Made by a program: the position numbers and the translations under genes
Origin: a virus
Taxonomy: Duplodnaviria > Heunggongvirae > Uroviricota > Caudoviricetes
DNA: 7,858 nt
IMG/VR virus record: IMGVR_UViG_2850808358_000013
Span: 1 to 7,858 of that record
Strand: one strand, 5' to 3'
Part shown: positions 5,702 through 7,858 of the stretch, one piece after another
Numbering within the stretch: position 1 is the first letter of the stretch
Layout: every line of letters starts with the position of its first letter
The notes under the pieces: generated by a model
Database searches by the model: none
What the model was told of the DNA's origin: nothing
Seen by the model: the letters and a program-made list of their open reading frames with translations, nothing else

Positions 5702-6421
5702 TCAATCAAAAGTCTCATCATTCCACTGCGACTTTATGACCTTTCCGACAAACGGGCAGTTTTCGTTACACTCAATCATGTCGAATCGTGGGTTGAGTGG
5801 CTCCAGGTACGCTTTACCGCTCTCACGAATGAATCGTTTGAAGGTGAATTCATCGCCATTCATTCGGGCCACGCAAAAATCGCCATCCTCAATCTCCCGC
5901 TCAGGGTCAACGAGTATCAGCATCCCTTCGGGGAAACTGGGTTTACCACCCTGCGGCGCGGTCATTGAATGCCCCTTGACCTCCAGCCAGAACGACCTGT
6001 CACTGGCTTTTGTGGTGGTGGAGATCCACTTAATCGCATCCTTTGCGGTGTACGAAAAATCATCCATTGAGAAAGCTCCAGCCTGTACGCAGGAGAGTAA
6101 CGGATATTCGTAATATTTCTCGAACAGGTTACGCCTGTTTCCCGGTGTGTGGGTACGAATACTGCGTAACAAATCACTCAGATCTGGATTAATTTCTTCC
6201 GCAGGAACCTGTAATAAAGCCGCAAACTTAAGGGTATTTTCAGTATTTAACGCAATTTTTGCGTTCAATAACTGACTAACAGCCCCCTGCGTTTTGAAGC
6301 CGAGGATATCTGCGGCTTTTTCCTGGCTTAGGGATAGCTGTTTCCGTTTTTCATCCCAGATTTTGCGCAGTCGTTCAGCGTTCTGGATGTCTTTGTCAGT
6401 AATTGTAATTTTCTTCGTCAT
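5702..6421 (-). CDS. cI: Lambda cI-like prophage repressor (N-terminal HTH, C-terminal LexA/S24 autopeptidase domain)
   Basis: The C-terminal half is nearly colinear with lambda cI as I recall it (..[16 protein letters not shown].., ..[30 protein letters not shown].., ..[13 protein letters not shown].., ..[14 protein letters not shown]); Ala-Gly cleavage site, Ser (GHSM) and Lys (FKRF) all present. Start set at ATG 6421 (GGAGG 4 nt upstream) rather than the track's 6460. Confidence 0.9.
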   Translation of the reverse strand: MTKKITITDKDIQNAERLRKIWDEKRKQLSLSQEKAADILGFKTQGAVSQLLNAKIALNTENTLKFAALLQVPAEEINPDLSDLLRSIRTHTPGNRRNLFEKYYEYPLLSCVQAGAFSMDDFSYTAKDAIKWISTTTKASDRSFWLEVKGHSMTAPQGGKPSFPEGMLILVDPEREIEDGDFCVARMNGDEFTFKRFIRESGKAYLEPLNPRFDMIECNENCPFVGKVIKSQWNDETFD

Positions 6422-6472
6422 AGTGCCTCCAATTTTATTAGCAACACAAATATTTATCAAATAGCTGGCCTG

Positions 6473-6500
6473 TTGACATTTAAATCAGGTAAGCTAATAT
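6473..6500 (+). promoter_or_regulatory. pR-like sigma70 promoter for the cro-like gene (TTGACA-16-TAATAT) in the divergent repressor/cro intergenic region
   Basis: ttgaca at 6473-6478 and taatat at 6495-6500; GGGAGG 6 nt before the ATG at 6527; the palindrome atttaaat lies in the spacer. The leftward repressor promoter and the operators were not resolved. Confidence 0.5.
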
Positions 6501-6526
6501 CGGAAAATTGAAATGGGAGGATCTCT

Positions 6527-6766
6527 ATGACTCTTGACGAGTACTTGAGACAAAGCTCTATCAGACAAGCCGATTTTGCGGCGATTGTTGGAGTTTCTCA
6601 GGGATTTGTCAGTGGGGTTATTACAGGGAGATACATGCCTCAGGGGCGGAAAGCCATTGAATGGGCAAAAGCTACAGACTGGAATGTAACTCCCCATGAA
6701 CTAAACCCGCATGACTACCTAAACATGGAAGATGGTATTCCGCTTCATGTAAGGCAAACAGCCTGA
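6527..6766 (+). CDS. Cro / YdaS-like small HTH regulator (79 aa)
   Basis: Divergent from the repressor gene with a strong SD; ..IRQADFAAIVGVSQGFVSGVITGRYMPQGRKAIEWAKATDWNVTPHELNPHDY fits the Cro/YdaS-type HTH pattern as I remember it. Confidence 0.7.
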   Translation: MTLDEYLRQSSIRQADFAAIVGVSQGFVSGVITGRYMPQGRKAIEWAKATDWNVTPHELNPHDYLNMEDGIPLHVRQTA

Positions 6767-6770
6767 TAAC

Positions 6771-6783
6771 CCTCCATCGGAGG
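6771..6783 (+). promoter_or_regulatory. Hairpin that pairs the Shine-Dalgarno sequence of the downstream ORF with an anti-SD
   Basis: cctcc-atc-ggagg: a perfect 5-bp stem whose 3' arm GGAGG is the SD located 5 nt upstream of the GTG start at 6789; it begins 5 nt after the cro-like stop. Confidence 0.4.
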
Positions 6784-6788
6784 TGTGA

Positions 6789-7070
6789 GTGAACAGGCAA
6801 ATCAAAACGGTTATGCCCGATCAGTACTGTGATGCTGATCGGGACTGGATACAGGAGCAATTGTTACAGCTAGACCCGACCACCAGGGTAAAAATTGCAG
6901 CAGAGTACGCGAGAGTGTACCAGGAAGAGTGGGACAAGGAGCCTGTATCGTTCAGGAAGGGCAACAGGGCAAGACGGAGCGCCAACACCCGGTTACGGGT
7001 GTATGTCCAGAAGTACGCGAGAGCCAGCCGTGGCTGGATGTTTTCGCCAGTAGCGATACGGAAGGAATAG
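6789..7070 (+). CDS. Hypothetical protein (93 aa; GTG start) in the position of cII / early-right genes; basic C-terminal half
   Basis: ORF directly downstream of the cro-like gene with GGAGG at -5; product ..DRDWIQEQLLQLDPTTRVKIAAEYARVYQEEWDKEP..RKGNRARRSANTRLRVYVQKYARASRGW..; no family recognised. An alternative ATG lies at 6813. Confidence 0.5.
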   Translation: MNRQIKTVMPDQYCDADRDWIQEQLLQLDPTTRVKIAAEYARVYQEEWDKEPVSFRKGNRARRSANTRLRVYVQKYARASRGWMFSPVAIRKE

Positions 7071-7096
7071 ATCTCATCAAGGTTATTATTTTTTTG

Positions 7097-7141
7097 TGAA
7101 ATGATTTCGCATGAAATCATTGCGCTTGAAATTTTACTAAG
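7097..7141. repeat. Three TGAAAT motifs at exact 15-bp spacing, with an embedded 9-bp inverted repeat
   Basis: TGAAAT at 7097, 7112 and 7127; units 1 and 2 match at 12 of 15 positions; inverted repeat aatgatttc (7100-7108) / gaaatcatt (7113-7121) with a 4-nt spacer; preceded by a T7 run and followed by tandem AAGGGGGT / AAGGGGGC (7142-7157). Confidence 0.45.
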
Positions 7142-7307
7142 AAGGGGGTAAGGGGGCAGATCTGTAACATCCGTGCCTGTAAGGGCACTACCAGAGGAAG
7201 GCAGCTCCATAGGTTAGGTAGATCACTGTATAGGGTGAGATGGTTTCTGACGAAATTGTTATTATGCTAACCATTACGGTAGAAATAGTACCATACTCAT
7301 CAAACAT

Positions 7308-7483
7308 GTGGTTATCAGCCTGCTCGGAAACAAATTCTACACCGGAAAAGACAAGGTCACGTTTGATTATGTGCTGGCTGCCAAATTGCGTGATGCCGGA
7401 CTGGCGATCGAACGTAATTATCTGGTTGATATGGCAACGGTAAGCGCGGATTCGTCGATATCATGGTCGTTGCCCCATCTGGT
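7308..7483 (+). pseudogene. Fragment of an unidentified gene, 3'-truncated by the IS911 insertion
   Basis: Protein-like frame ..GNKFYTGKDKVTFDYVLAAKLRDAGLAIERNYLVDMATVSADSSISWSLPHL runs straight into the IS terminus at 7484; the final residues and stop of the track ORF are encoded by the IS end. No convincing start or RBS (GTG at 7308 only). Confidence 0.35.

Positions 7484-7858
<375 letters not shown>

Noticed and set aside
5696-6177. Track ORFs 5696..5968 (+), 5736..6113 (+) and 5962..6177 (-)
   Set aside because: Alternative-frame or antisense overlaps of the confidently identified cI-like gene.
6494-7210. Track ORFs 6494..6697 (-), 6672..6860 (-) and 6821..7210 (-)
   Set aside because: Antisense to the cro-like gene and the downstream ORF; the last has a compositionally odd product and no RBS.
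7240-7443. Track ORF 7240..7443 (+) as the gene interrupted by IS911
   Set aside because: Its product is Trp/Cys-rich and not protein-like; the overlapping frame starting at 7308 looks far more like real protein, so that frame was chosen for the fragment.

Overview
This window reads as an IS-disrupted, mosaic lambdoid prophage remnant of the Shigella / E. coli type. All identifications are from reading the sequence and recalled protein families; no database search was run. Left to right: (1) the 3' portion of a lambda-type integrase gene on the minus strand (stop at 1-3), cut at 939/940 by a complete IS3-family element that I recognise as IS600-like (940-2203); (2) a leftward four-gene operon of a Rha-family regulator plus three small uncharacterised ORFs, two of them strongly acidic; (3) an ORF-poor region of about 840 bp (3801-4640) with a structured Rha leader, a minus-strand intrinsic terminator and two matching promoter-like motifs that together suggest a small non-coding RNA; (4) a hicA/hicB-like toxin-antitoxin pair behind a perfect consensus sigma70 promoter; (5) a bidirectional terminator and a short unlisted ORF; (6) a lambda-cI-like S24 repressor with a divergent Cro/YdaS-like gene and a downstream unknown ORF; (7) a repeat-rich non-coding stretch; (8) a gene fragment cut at 7483/7484 by the left end of IS911, whose OrfA runs to the window end. 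The most likely candidates for an undescribed system are the Rha-linked small-ORF operon, the orphan promoter-terminator unit at 3960-4080, and the repressor-adjacent hicAB-like pair.
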